Positions 23,954-36,563 of a DNA stretch of 64,000 nucleotides are shown here, in pieces. Where the stretch lies: contig OZ287067.1 in assembly GCA_965645245.1 (NCBI GenBank), positions 2,976,001 through 3,040,000 of the forward strand. Reading direction: 5' to 3'. A program made the translations under genes and the position numbers. The notes under the pieces are model-generated. The model saw nothing but the letters and a program-made list of their open reading frames with translations. It was not told the origin of the DNA and ran no database searches. Each line of letters starts with the position of its first letter. Position 1 is the first letter of the stretch. This stretch comes from Massalongia carnosa (Eukaryota).

Positions 23954-25816
23954 TCAAGTTGGCCCATCATCAGATCCCAGTCTAGCTCGCTTCAATGCTC
24001 GTGAGTCTGTTTCTTGCACACCGTACCTCTTGTTTCCAGCTGTACCGCCGGCAGCACCTCCAGTGACATCTCTAATCATCTCGTCGATATTGAATGGGTC
24101 TGCAGCATCCTTCTCAAATTGGACGGGCCCGTCTCGCACCTAGTTGATTCGGGCTTGTTAGCGAGGGAACAGTAATAATTAGGTATATTGTGGCCCTTAC
24201 CTCCATATCAGCAGCACCCTTAAAACCATCCTTCGCCTTACCCAACACCTCAAACCTGGAGCTCTTCTGAATCTTATCATACTCTGCACCACCATCCTCC
24301 CCATCGCCATCGTCATCCATGTTTGCCCGTGGCCTATATATACTGCTGATGGCGTCTTGCGCAGCAAACAAAGGTTTATCATAGGCCTGGTCCTCGTTAA
24401 AACCGGTGTCGAAGCCGCTAGTTTGATTGAAGAGCCGGGAGTCCCACATAGACTCCGACGACTGGGAAGGTTTGGCTAAACCCAAGGCAACTTTTTCGGA
24501 GATGTCTCGGTTTTGTTCTCTTGCTATCATTTGGATCCTACGCTCTGTGCCCATACGCGATTGCCGGAACTGCTTTTCGTTTTCCTGTCGTCGCTCACGC
24601 CGCATTTGCTCTCGTTCCTGAAGAGCCTCATCTCCTTCGCTGTCAGATTGACGCGAAGAAGATGCGGAACGGCTTCTGCTCCCGCTGTAAGATCTTGCAC
24701 GAGAGATCCTCCTACCAGCAAATCGGTCTTCACGAGCTTTCTGAGCCAGCATGCGAAGTTGGTCCTCTTTCTGCGCCCTCTCCTTTTCCGCAAGTTTTTG
24801 CTGCATGGAGGCACGCTGCTTAACCTCCTCCCTAGCATGCCTATCAGCGGTGAAGAGTGCTTCGGCAAACTGCGCAAATTTGTCGTTAATGGTTACATCC
24901 TGCAATCCCCTTCCATCTGCCGCCAGCCTTTTGTCCAAAGGAATGGTGTAACCCTTAGGATTTTTCCAATTAGAGACAGGTGGTGGGATTTTCCACGCTT
25001 CTTGATCTTCCGCAGTCAACTTTCGTGGCGGCGAGTGCATCACCGGGGGCGGAGGGGAGGGAGGTCCTCTAGGAATCTTTTTGTGCTTGAATTTCGGGGG
25101 CTCCATAGGATCCTGTTGCCTCTCGACAATTTTCATGATTCTATCATTTTTGCGGGTGATGTCGCCCATTTGATTTGCCGGCGTGTATCTAACATATGTT
25201 GGGTCATTCCTAATGATTCCTTTGAAATTTTTAGGCTTCTGGGCTGCAACGGCTCCAGTCACCAACATTGCTAAGGCGGTCTTCGTCTTCTCTGTTTGAG
25301 CGGCAACATCTTCCTCCGAGGGCCTATCCAGGGATATTTCCCCGATGTCTGCCCGCTGCCGAAGAGGTATAAGGTCTTTGAAGGAGGCATGCACAATCCT
25401 CTTCTCATTATGCCCTTGCCTAGCAATAGCATCATATTTTACTTTTCCTTCGGCATCTACTTGAACAGCCAGAGCATTCGAGGAGGAGGATGATTTCCTG
25501 CCCATATCCAAGGGATACTGAGCAACAGAAATTTCTGGGAAGGCTCCACCGTCACCAAAATCTTCGGCCGACCTTGGCCGCCATCCTGTGCGTGTTCCAT
25601 ACGAAGGAGGTCCTCTGTGCTACGAATATGTGAACAAGCTCGCCGCTCCGTCAACTTTATGTAACTTACTTTGATAATAACCTGATTTTCCTCCAAGGAT
25701 CCAACTCCCAAAACTCGAGGACCTTTTGATTGGACGTGACTTGGCAGTTCCTCAAACTCGCCGGTGTATTTTGGCTTAGGAAGGGTATGACCAAGCGACG
25801 TGAAAAGAAGGCTCAT
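23954..25816 (-). CDS. PRP45: Pre-mRNA splicing factor Prp45/SKIP/SNW1
   Basis: ATG at 25816 (..LPKPKY), SNWKNPKGYTIPLDKRLAADGRGLQ, DPMEPPKFKHKK, REQNRDISEKVALG and last exon RDGPVQFEKD; two introns. Confidence 0.96.
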
Positions 25817-26393
25817 ACTGGAGGAAGATACAGATACTTGGCGGCCAAAATGATTGCAAATGGGGAGAGGTACCAAACAGATTTGACATAGGCCACCGAA
25901 AGTCTTGGTTAATGCAAATCGTGTTAAACCCCTTTCAGAATGAAAGGTCCGCCTTTTAATGCCACGCGGGGTCAAATAATGCTCCGTAAAGTTCTGTAAT
26001 ATTAAATGATGCGGAGAGGACGTCCGTGCGGATAGGACCAAAAACTCACCTCTCGCCCCGACTGTACTTGACCGTTTCACTTCGTAAAACTTCGTAACTC
26101 AACTAATCCCATTAGTGTCAGGCCATATTGTGAAAGCTACATTCTTTTACGCCCGTTGTGGGCCGTGAGAGGTGGTCGTTTTTCGCGTTTTTCATGTTTT
26201 GATGTTCCCCGAAAACCGCGCTAAAGAGCAGGGCCGAAGTAGAAATTAGATTTTTCGAAGATGCGTACTACAATCAGTACCGTCGTCTCCGCAAAGAACA
26301 ATTGTTGTGAGTCGGTCATCTTCTGCACCTCAGGTCTGAGGTGGCACGGACTCGTCAATATCGTATCACAATTCATCATATTAACTCTTCGAG

Positions 26394-27558
26394 ATGACGG
26401 AATTACAGTACGCGAATGTAGAGGAATTTTATGGCTATCGCGCAGAGAATGAAGTTAACTCCTCTCTTCGCTCCCGTATTGCCACAGCACTCGGATACGA
26501 TCCACTAAGTATGGAGATGGTACCGGAAGAGTCGAACATTGGGGAAGGATGTGGCAACCCCTTACTCATTGCCAACTTGGCCGAGGTCAACTCTCTCTCC
26601 ATGGCTTCTTGCATAACCTTTTCGCTCTTTGATGTCCGTCCGTTAATCCTCATACGCATTTTTAGGGCGAGACAGTCTTAGATCTTGGCAGTGGTGGTGG
26701 TTTCGACTGTTTCCTCGCTGCGCGGAAAGTCGGTCCAGCCGGCAAGGTCATAGGGGTGGATATGACAGAGGCGAGTCCTCCTGCTTCTGCTAAGCAAAAG
26801 AAAAAACAACGCCAATAACACTTAATCTCGGGAATATAGAAAATGATTAACCTAGCCCGGAGGAATGCCCTTAAGGCTAACGCGACCAATGTTGTCTTCA
26901 TCCATTCTCGGATTAATGACCTGCCTGTTGAAGACAACTCCATCGATTGCGTCATCAGTAACTGCGTATTGAACCTTGTCCCAGAAGCCGAGAAAGCCTC
27001 CGTTTTCGGGGAAATCCAGCGTGTGCTGAGGCCCGGAGGCCGCCTTGCCGTGAGCGATTTTCTTGCGTACAAATCGTTGCCTCAAGACATCAGGGATGAT
27101 CCTGCACTTGAGGTAGGCTGCGTTTCGGGGGCTGTCACGGTCCCGAAAATGCAAGACTTGCTCAGGGGGGCGGGGTTTGTGGATTCCTTGCTTGTAGACA
27201 CGAAGAAGAATTTGAATCTGTATAAAGACGCTGAGACCGCCACATCTGTAACGCCGTGCTGTTCAGGGGAGATGTCTTGTGGTCCGATGCGGAATACGCC
27301 GTCAGGGCGTAAGCCTCTGGACTATGATTTGAACGAATGGATAGGTACGTGAGCGACCGTCTGGTAGCACGAGGAGGAACTTAGTCCTTTTCTACATCTA
27401 ACCATTGTGCAGGGGCTTTTCAGATATATGCCATCAAAGAAAAGTCTGAGATAGGAGTTGATACTACGAAAATTGATGCACACGTGCCGATTGCAACCTT
27501 GATGATAAAGCCCAAGAATGAAGCCACCAAACCAATGGTCAAAAGCTGCTGCTGTTGA
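26394..27558 (+). CDS. arsM: Arsenite S-adenosylmethionine methyltransferase (ArsM/AS3MT family)
   Basis: Four exons give [63 protein letters not shown] and a C-terminal KSCCC; stop at 27556-27558. Confidence 0.9.
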
Positions 27559-27720
27559 GAATTTGCTGGGCTATGAGGTATTCCTACGAGTATTCATGAT
27601 CGAATGAAAGTATTATATGATACCTATTTACAAGAAATCTTGGATAATAGACCATTTTGTATCGTATTCAAGGTTCTAATTTCATTGGAAGGCATAATTA
27701 GGTTGAGATTTTTTCTTCGT

Positions 27721-30700
27721 TCAAGCTTTGGCAATCAACCCCTTTGCTTCATTTGCATCGACCCCCATAACATCTCTAAGATACTCAATTCTATGGCCAA
27801 TTAACATTCGGTCAGCGGTTTGGTGCTTTTCAACGAAGAACCCCTAGAGAAGTGACTTACTTGGCTTCATTTGACAATTTATGCTTCAATATTTCGAAAC
27901 GTCTTGTGCATGCTTCCCACACCTGAGATCTTTTTGATGGCGAAATCGATTTAATGCGCATCTTGAAGCTTGCGCTCACAGGACGGTGATCGGAAACCTG
28001 CAGTTCATGCCTTCGATACTCAACTGGTTTGACTTTTCCAGCGCCACGATACAAAATTCGATCGCACCAAGCTGGAGCTCGATGCTTTTCACTAGTATCA
28101 TACCTATCAGAACCGATATCATATTTGTAAGTCGGAGCAAATAATATCGGTGACTCTGCAAACGCTCGTAACCGGAACATCGGATTTCTTCTCCTGGATA
28201 CAAGCAACTGATCTCTTTCAAGAAGCTTGGTATAACTACCAGCCTTAATAGCTTTAATCACCGTATCACGGCCCATGGTATCGATGCGATAATTCAAGTC
28301 CCCATTCAGTATGCAAATCTCGTGGTCAAGGATCATGGTGCCGTCCCCGCCTGCTACATACGAATCACACCGGGCGTTTGAGTCTCGTTCAGGAGACAGA
28401 ACGGAGGATTCCAAAATAGCCGCAGCATCATTGTTGCGATGTACCGTTTGTGATTGCCCTGCAGCTAGATGGCAGTTTACCAAGCATATTGAGGTGTTGT
28501 CAAGTACGAAGCGTAAAATCAACGCACCCTTATGAAACAAGATCAGTATCTATGATTACTATCCTAATAGCAAATAAGGGCAAACCTTATTCCCATGCAG
28601 CCCACCTAGTCCTCGTTTGATTTCCGCAGCGAACACATTGCTGATGTGAACACGCTGGGAAGCTTTGACAAAAACACAGCTGAAGAGTCCCATCATGCTT
28701 GCTGTATGGAGTAAGTGATATGGCTCATCGTGTGGCATGTTGTCCTCAACGCGCCTTATGAGATAATCCCGCCAATCCCTATATTGGCGGCTCATGTGAT
28801 CTTGTTCGGATGAGTCTTTCTTCTTGTTTCCTTTGAAGAAGCTTTCTGGGTATAGTTAGTTAGTGTTTCACTCATTCGAGTTGAGCGACGAACTTGCTGT
28901 GAGCTTCTTGTCCTCCAAATCTATGAGCTCTTGAAAACCAAATACTAGCAGCTCTGGGGGTTTTTCTACGTGCATAACCTCCTGGAAAAAGTTGGTGCCT
29001 TTGTCATCATAGCGCAAACTTGTGGGTGTTGATGCGCCAGCGTTCCAAGTGACGATAGTTGCCTTTATCTCTCGAAAGGTACAATAATCAACATCATGAA
29101 TTTGCATATCGGACTCTAGTAAAGGATTAATAAAACGATGAAGCCTCAATCCTAGATTCGCTTCGTTAACATACCAAGCCAATCAACCTTGAGCATACCA
29201 TCCCATAATCTCACCAAGTTATCTAGACCGATAGAAGCCACTCGTAAAATTCCTGACTTCCAAACGCTGCTACGGTCAACTAGGATATTAGTAACCGGAT
29301 GGCTATGAGCTTGCCATTCTTTCTTTGCTGTCCATGGTTGAGTTCTTGTATCGTAAACCGCAATCATCCCTGAGTTATATCCGGCCCATAGATAGGACCC
29401 AGCTCCGACCAGAGTATTGATCTTGTACACGCTCACGTTGAAAACCCCCAAGCAGGTAAAGTCAGCCGTTGAGTATGCTGTCACTTTCCCATCTGTATGG
29501 GCAAAATACACACAGTGAAGCTGGTCAGATACCACAGCACCGGAGGTTACTTCACCTACCCCCGGCTGACATAGTGGTTGCTTACTTACGGAAAAGGCTG
29601 CTTCGTCATTGGAATTTGGACGAAAGATTCTTATTTCTTTCCCAGCCGCAAGCCATAGATTGTCTTGTATAATGAGAGAGAAACTATGCCCTTTATTGAT
29701 TTTTCTCACCAACGGACTAGACTGTAGGTTTGGTAAGCCTGTTCTGTCTGGGGCCCAGATTAAAAGTGTCCCGTCATCATCTAAAGTCCACATGGAATTC
29801 TGATGACGGAATATTTTGATGATTTCCCGTCTACTATGCGCAGCTGATTTAGTGTATAGCACAGTCTGGCATGGGACATCTAGCTCTTGTAAATCCCCAT
29901 AGTTCGTTCCGAGCCAAATGCGTAGGCCTTCATCTTCAGGACATGCTCCCGGTTTGAAAGCCAAAGCTGTTGCTCTCATTTCCTTCTCATCATGGCCTAC
30001 GTTTAATACCATATCACCAGATGCTAGATCCCAGGCCCTTGTCAGATAGCCTGTTGTGCATATGTACCGACTAGAAATTTCAAAGAGCTTCGTCTCATAA
30101 CGGAGCTCTATCGCCCGAACGCCATCCTGAATATACGGAGGCCGTCTGTTCGAGTATGAAGTATCTGGATACGATGGATGGGTGATACTACTGCTTAGCT
30201 TAGATCCAGTATCAGGCCGATCATCATCTCCGGTTGATACAGCTGACTCTAATCCGAGATACTGCCGCCGAGAGCCAGTTCTAGGTTCGTTAATGGAGTC
30301 CACAATGGTGGTTGACGTTTGGGCACGTTTTGGAGGAGGCATGTATCCTGACTTTGAAACCTCTGGGTCGGTCGGTAGAATCGAATGTGGTAGCGAAATT
30401 CGTGGCTTTGTCGGTGTGGCAACTCTTTTTCCTCTACTGGCTTGCTCAGTCCAAGTTCTATTGAGCATGGAAATCGGTCTTATTGGTGGAGCATACGGTG
30501 CTTTAATTGCGGCTTCTTGTCGCGGAGGAAGTCCAGGTCGGGAATCATTAGGGGTGAATGGTGGCGGAAAAACACGTCCCAGCTGGACATTGAGTCCTGA
30601 CGATTTTTGATCAGAATCGCCTTTGGCTGTAGATTTCATTTCTCTCCCATGATGACGTACAGGAAGTGCTTCACAGGAGCCTACAATTGGGGCTTCTGGG

Positions 30701-31587
30701 TAGCTCTGAGCAGATCGTTGGCCATTGGCAGAATCGGAATCTGGATTATCGTCGCTGCCTGGCGGAGTGCTGAAGGGAGAGATTCGCTGACTATCAACAG
30801 CAGGTGTGATTTCCAGATTTGTATTACTCCAGCTTACTCCAGGCTTACTTAATATCTTTGGTTTACCGCCTCGTTTCACAGGCGGTGGTACATTCTTGGT
30901 TGTTAAGTCTACTCGAGAAAACTTGTTGCCGTCTCCTGATGGCTTCATGTCAGGTAAGGTACCCCTGCTCTGTGGCCAAGAATGATCCATCCTCTCTGGA
31001 AAAGGCGAAGCGTTGGGCGAGCGTTGAGGACGTACCGGTAGCTTATGGGGCGATTGAGGGATGAATCCCGTTAATCGTGAAGGGCTTTGGGTCGAAGAAG
31101 GTTTCGGAGCTTTCACCCGAGGTAGGGCAAAGGGCTTTGGTGGGGATAGAGGAGGATCGATCGTCATAGCTGGGGGAGACCGAGAGGACGAGAGTGAACT
31201 CATCGAGATAGGTCGTCTCCGCAGAGATGAGTTGCTTTGCAGAGACAATGTGTTAGGATCATCTATGCTTCTTTCCTGTAATTGTGAACCATGAAGGGCG
31301 GAAGTGCCCGGCGCACCAGTTGGGAGAAGCGTGCGCGGCATATCTAACGAGATACGTTCCAACGCACAGGTATCTCTTTGGCCTACCAAATGCGGTGGAT
31401 TTGGTGGTGGGGGTGGTCTTAGCTGAGCCCGCGAGGATGGCCGTAAACTAGCCATGTTTTCAAAATGAGATCTCAGCGAAGAGACCGGTTTCTAAGGCCA
31501 GCTCAGGTCAGTCTTGCTAGCGATGAAGCTCGAACACTTTAAGCTTACAATAGGTGTTCCATCAGTGGCACTTTCCGAGCCGGCCAT
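27721..31587 (-). CDS. Inositol polyphosphate 5-phosphatase with Pro-rich N-terminus and WD-like region
   Basis: ATG at 31587, KPVSSLRSHFE, TWNAGA, FGFQEL, GNKGA, VNCHLAAGQ, GDLNYRI, PAWCDRILY, SDHRPV; last exon ends ..GVDANEAKGLIAKA at 27721. Confidence 0.93.
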
Positions 31588-32090
31588 TTTCTGACGATAC
31601 TATCAAGGTCAAAGACTATGAATAAGAGTAGGAAGGGAACTGGAAGAGTTTGGCAAATGGCGCAAACTTTCTAGGAACGCTTGGTTGCAATATGCAATAG
31701 AAGTGTCAGGGAACGGGCATGAACAGGCATTCAATAATGCATTTCTCCTCGAATGAATAATCATCTTCAGGCTTTCAGCAACGGAAATTAATCACCCTCT
31801 GCGGTTGTTCATGTGAGTTTCTGCTGGTGCTCGATCCACTGGTCCAATATTGAGGAAGAGATAAGATTTGATTTGTGCGAGAGTTGGACCACTACAAAGG
31901 TACAGACCCTAAAAGAAAAAGCAAACCACTCTTCTAATTTCACACGAGTAACGACTCGCAACACAAATTAAATGCTCTATTCCTTATACTCTGTATAGTT
32001 TTTTTCTTTCTAAAATGATGAGTTATCTTCCAACCATTAAAGGTACCTACCTGGGGGGAGGAACCTGAGTGTGGGAGGTAGGTTAATGTG

Positions 32091-32120
32091 TACTCCGTAC
32101 TTAGTACTGAGTCCAGAGTA
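32091..32120. repeat. (TA-CNNNG)4 array
   Basis: TA-CTCCG-TA-CTTAG-TA-CTGAG-TC-CAGAG-TA between divergent genes. Confidence 0.65.
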
Positions 32121-32607
32121 AGTGCAGGTATGTAAGCTTAAAGTTCAGACCCTGACCGGGGACCATGGTTCTGAATGATGGGGCTCAACGTTTCCCCACA
32201 CGTAATCCTTGTTCGCCCTAAACGGCTGAGCCGGCAGGCGACATGACAAAATAAGTAGCTACTAGATAATTCGCGAACTTATAGAGTACTCTTGAGATTC
32301 TATGCTGCACGCAATAGCTATTATGATGTACTTTGAGTTGAGTCAAATCAGCTATTTAGTTTCTGATGTAACAATAACAAAAGGTTTCTTACTCGACAAT
32401 AATCTCGTAATTAAACATGCATGTTGAGTAAATTATGTCGCCTGCCGGATGGCCGGAGCTCGGCAATTACTATTTTAAGAGTAAGGTAACCGGATCACGA
32501 AATACCTCATTACAAAATCTATCTAACTTACTCTGTACTCTAAATTTCTTTAATACTATTAAGTGCCTACTATCTATAGAGTTTAAGTACGTTGCAAGCC
32601 AGCCATC

Positions 32608-33216
32608 ATGTGGTGAGTGTGTCTCAAGGTTGAAAGAATCTGAAGTTGTATTGAAGTATTAACAGGGGTCTAGCAAGCATATTCTCAATGCCCAGGTCTC
32701 TATCAGATCTCCATGCTGTCAGTTCATTGCAGTTTTTCTCACATCTTCGGAATAGTCCTAGCTTACTGCAGATATCAGGTCAACGATGGTTTGATTGTGC
32801 AGAATGTCATCAAGAGCAGGAAAAGCATCCACTCCTCCAGAAATTTGACATGGTGACGATTCTTATATAACCATATTTTCAAGCTAGGAAGTTTTAACTA
32901 AATATTGGTTACAGACTTTCGCATGTAAGAAATGTAAAAAATGTTTTCGTAAAGATGTTCAAGAGTTCGAAGAAAGGTCTGCCCAGACATATTTTGACGC
33001 TTCAACAGATCATTGCTAAATCTAGACTCTAGTGATGAGTACTGCCCCCATTGCGACAACCATTTTGTTCTCGATGCCAAAACTCCCATGCCAGCATTGA
33101 ATATTGAGGGCGATGATGTACGTATCGATGCGCGCATGCTGAAGGATGAGCGCATGCGGTCGGAGCAAAAACAGTCTGTATTCAACGTCGAGGATAGAGC
33201 AGACCGACTTAGATGA
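32608..33216 (+). CDS. CHY-type zinc finger protein
   Basis: Spliced MC|KHILNAQVSIRSPC|CQRWFDCAECHQEQEKH..|TFACKKCKKCFRKD..|SDEYCPHCDNHFV; four introns. Confidence 0.88.
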
Positions 33217-33416
33217 ATATCTGGACGTAGGGCAAGCATCTTGTTTTACAAGAGTTGAACTGCAAAGCCCGCGTGCGGAAAGGCTTAAATATACATTGGC
33301 ATCAAGGTCGATTTTATGGGGATGATTATGTATGGCTCTGCCATAACAATTAAACCATGGTTTTCTATGCCTAAGAAAAGTACTGTGTGCTAAAATACAC
33401 CAACACGCGATCAAGG

Positions 33417-34432
33417 CTAAGTCTCAGATGCTGCACCAGCTCGGGTCGGTATCGCTGTGGTCCCTGCACCAGGCGTGCGCCCAGTCTTTTTCTTCGCTGC
33501 TTCTTCCTGCTTTTCAGCTTCTATACTCTTCACATATGACTCGATGTCCTCTACCGGCAGCATCTCGATCAGTTTACCAGGAGCCATGATGGCGATTTCA
33601 ATGTTTTTAGCCCCTGTTTGAACCACCTCTAACAGCGATTTCACGGTGAGCTTGATGGTTTCTTCTCTGTCCATGTCATCCTTGTGATTCCTTTCTAAAA
33701 ACTCACGAACAGTCTTGCTGGACCTTCCAATTGCATTTGCTTTCCTGGGAACCAACAGCATTAGCCAAGTCTCAGATTTTGTAGAGATGGAACATACCAT
33801 GCGGAATAAATCCCTGAAGGCTCCGTCTGATATAGCCGTGGTGTCTTGTCTCCTTTGTCGAAGCCCACAATCAAAGTACTGATGCCAAATGGTCTCACCC
33901 CTCCACTTTGAGTATACCGTTGCTGTACACCAGCAACATATTTTGTGATATATTCAATGGTGACAGGATCTTCGACAGTTAACCGATGTGACTGCGCTTC
34001 CAATCTTGCTTTGTCAACGAGTATGCGTGCATCTGCGTTGAGGCCAGCGAACGCCAAACAGACATGAGTATCAACTAAGCCAATCTTGGAGGGAGTGATG
34101 CGGGTATCTTGTAGCTTCATCGCGGATCTTTTCTCGCAGCCTAAAACAACGATATCGTGTCCCTTAACACCGACAGCACATGTGCCTATTAATTGTCAAC
34201 ATGTACGCAAGTACGATTCGTGTAAGAGCAACCTCTCTTGACTGCCTCCAACGCGTATTCAACCTGAAACACATGGCCATCCGGACTGAGGTGCGGAAAT
34301 CAGTTGGAGGGAGAAGCAAAGCATTATCGCTATCGATTCTCACCTAAAAACTGTGATTGGCTTAGTCGTCGAGGAGAATACTTAAAGGCAACCGTACTCA
34401 CCAGACAATGCTCTATCATATCCAGAAGCCAT
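33417..34432 (-). CDS. PRE6: 20S proteasome subunit alpha-4 (PSMA7-type)
   Basis: [77 protein letters not shown]; includes a 7-nt exon at 34344-34350. Confidence 0.96.
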
Positions 34433-34727
34433 TGATAAAAAATTACCAGAGCCGGTAGCCTAGATGACCTAGTATACTTAATACTAACTTCGACCTGATC
34501 AGGTTCCCAAGAGTGTTTGGCGGAGGAATTTGAAGAAGCTTGTTCTAAACTGTTTGCTAAGATCCAAGGTAGCTACTATCCTCATCACCCATTATTTACG
34601 GCTGCAAGCCGCTAGGCGGCACTAACTCACTAAGGGTTAGTCGCAATTCAGCTTTCTCTAGTGAGAACCCCTTACGTAAGTGTATGGGCACGGCGCCGAT
34701 TGGATGGAAAAGAACAAACGATTTCCA

Positions 34728-36563
34728 ATGGCCTGCTTCACTTTTTTTACATCCACTTCTATGTCGTTCACTTTCCTTGCCACGATGGTTCGTCCGTCAT
34801 CCAAAGTAGTTTTGCGACGGTATTCCTTCTTCAAAAACTCCTCTCTGTCGTCAATGCCCTCTCTGCGCTGCAATATTCCAGTTCTCCAATCTGCATACTT
34901 AACAGGCCCACCAAGCTCTCAGAGAACTATTCATTTCACCTCCGATTCGTAAGCTTCACTCAAAGTTTCAAGTTTAGTTTAGCTTATATTATTTCCAAGA
35001 TACCCGAATATCAAGCGATTGAGCCGATTTAATAAAGTATGATTCGAGTTTACCAATGTCCTGCCTTGTCGTTTGACTTTCTCTCAGCTCACAGAAGATC
35101 ACGTTCAACATTTCAAGCAGTTGTTGGGAAAAAAGTCTGCCGTCATTGATGGCGTTACTGTGGATGCTACTGGTGACTTGGAACCTTTCAATAGTGATTG
35201 GATGCGTAAATACAAGGGACACTCAAAATTAGTCCTAAAACCACAGTCTACCAATGAAGTCAGCCAAATCTTGAAGTATTGCAACGAAAAATTGCTGGCT
35301 GTGGTTCCTCAAGGTGGTAACACAGGTCTTGTGGGTGGCTCGGTACCGGTTTTCGATGAAATCGTCATAAATATGTCTCGAATGAGCCAAATCCGATCAT
35401 TTAACGAAGTATCAGGAACGCTTGTAGTCGAAGCAGGATGCATCTTGGAGGTTGTTGATCAGTTTCTGGTAGAAAAGAACCACCTCTTCCCCTTGGACCT
35501 CGGTGCGAAGGGCTCCTGTCAGATTGGAGGTAATGTGGCCACAAACGCGGGTGGTTTACGGTTGCTACGTTATGGAAGTCTTCATGGCAATGTTCTTGGT
35601 ATTGAGGCAGTCCTCCCTGACGGCACTGTAATAGATGATTTGGGTGTCCTGCGCAAAAACAATACTGGATACGATATTAAACAGCTCTTCATTGGTGGTG
35701 AAGGTACTATAGGAATAATTACAGGAGTGTCGATTCTATGTCCACAACGTCCTAAAGCAATCAATGTTGCGTTCTTTGGTCTCAAAAGCTTCGAAAAGGT
35801 TCAAAGAGCGTTTTGTGAGGCTAAAGACCAGCTATCTGAAATTCTATCAGCATTCGAACTAATGGATGGTCAATCGCAAGACCTTGTACATGCCGTAACT
35901 AGGAAGAAACGACCACTTGAGGGTATATATCCTTTTTACTGTTTAATCGAGACCAGCGGTTCAAACGCAGATCATGATGGTGAAAAGCTGCAAAATTTCC
36001 TCGAGTACGTAATGAATGAAGAGATCGTGGTCGACGGGGTTGTGGCTCAGGATGAGAGCCAGATTCAGTCATTATGGTCATGGCGCGAAGGGATTCCTGA
36101 ATGCCTCGGACACTGGGGAGGGGTATATAAGTATGATCTTTCAATCCCATTATCTGAGCTATATCAACTAGTTGAGGATACCCGAAATAGGATGGAAGCA
36201 GCTGGATTGGTAGGAGACGAGGAAAAGCATCCAGTTGTCGGTGTTGTAGGCTACGGCCACATGGGTGATTCAAATTTGCATCTCAACATCGCAACTCGAA
36301 GATTTGATAAAGAAGTCGAGCGCGAGTTAGAGCCATTTGTATACAAGTGGATCTCTAAACGAAATGGTAGCATCAGCGCCGAGCATGGCCTTGGTCTTGC
36401 AAAGAAAGCATTCATCGGATACAGCCGAAGCGAGACTATGATCCGATTAATGAAACAGCTAAAAAATCTATATGATCCGGTACTATTGATTTCCCTGTAT
36501 TTTTTTGTCCAATGCTGACCAATGAGACAGAATGGCATAATGAACCCGTACAAGTACATATAA
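34728..36563 (+). CDS. DLD2: FAD-linked D-2-hydroxyglutarate/D-lactate dehydrogenase (Dld2/Aip2-like), probable mitochondrial presequence
   Basis: PQGGNTGLVGGSVP, ATNAGGLRLLRYGSLHG, LRKNNTGYD, GHMGDSNLHLN, SISAEHGLG and last exon NGIMNPYKYI. Start ATG is uncertain (34728, 34761 or 34785). Confidence 0.92.

Noticed and set aside
24513..25274. 253-aa + strand ORF and similar long antisense ORFs over SSL2, NRP1, the F-box gene and others
   Set aside because: Antisense shadows of real coding exons with no independent motifs.
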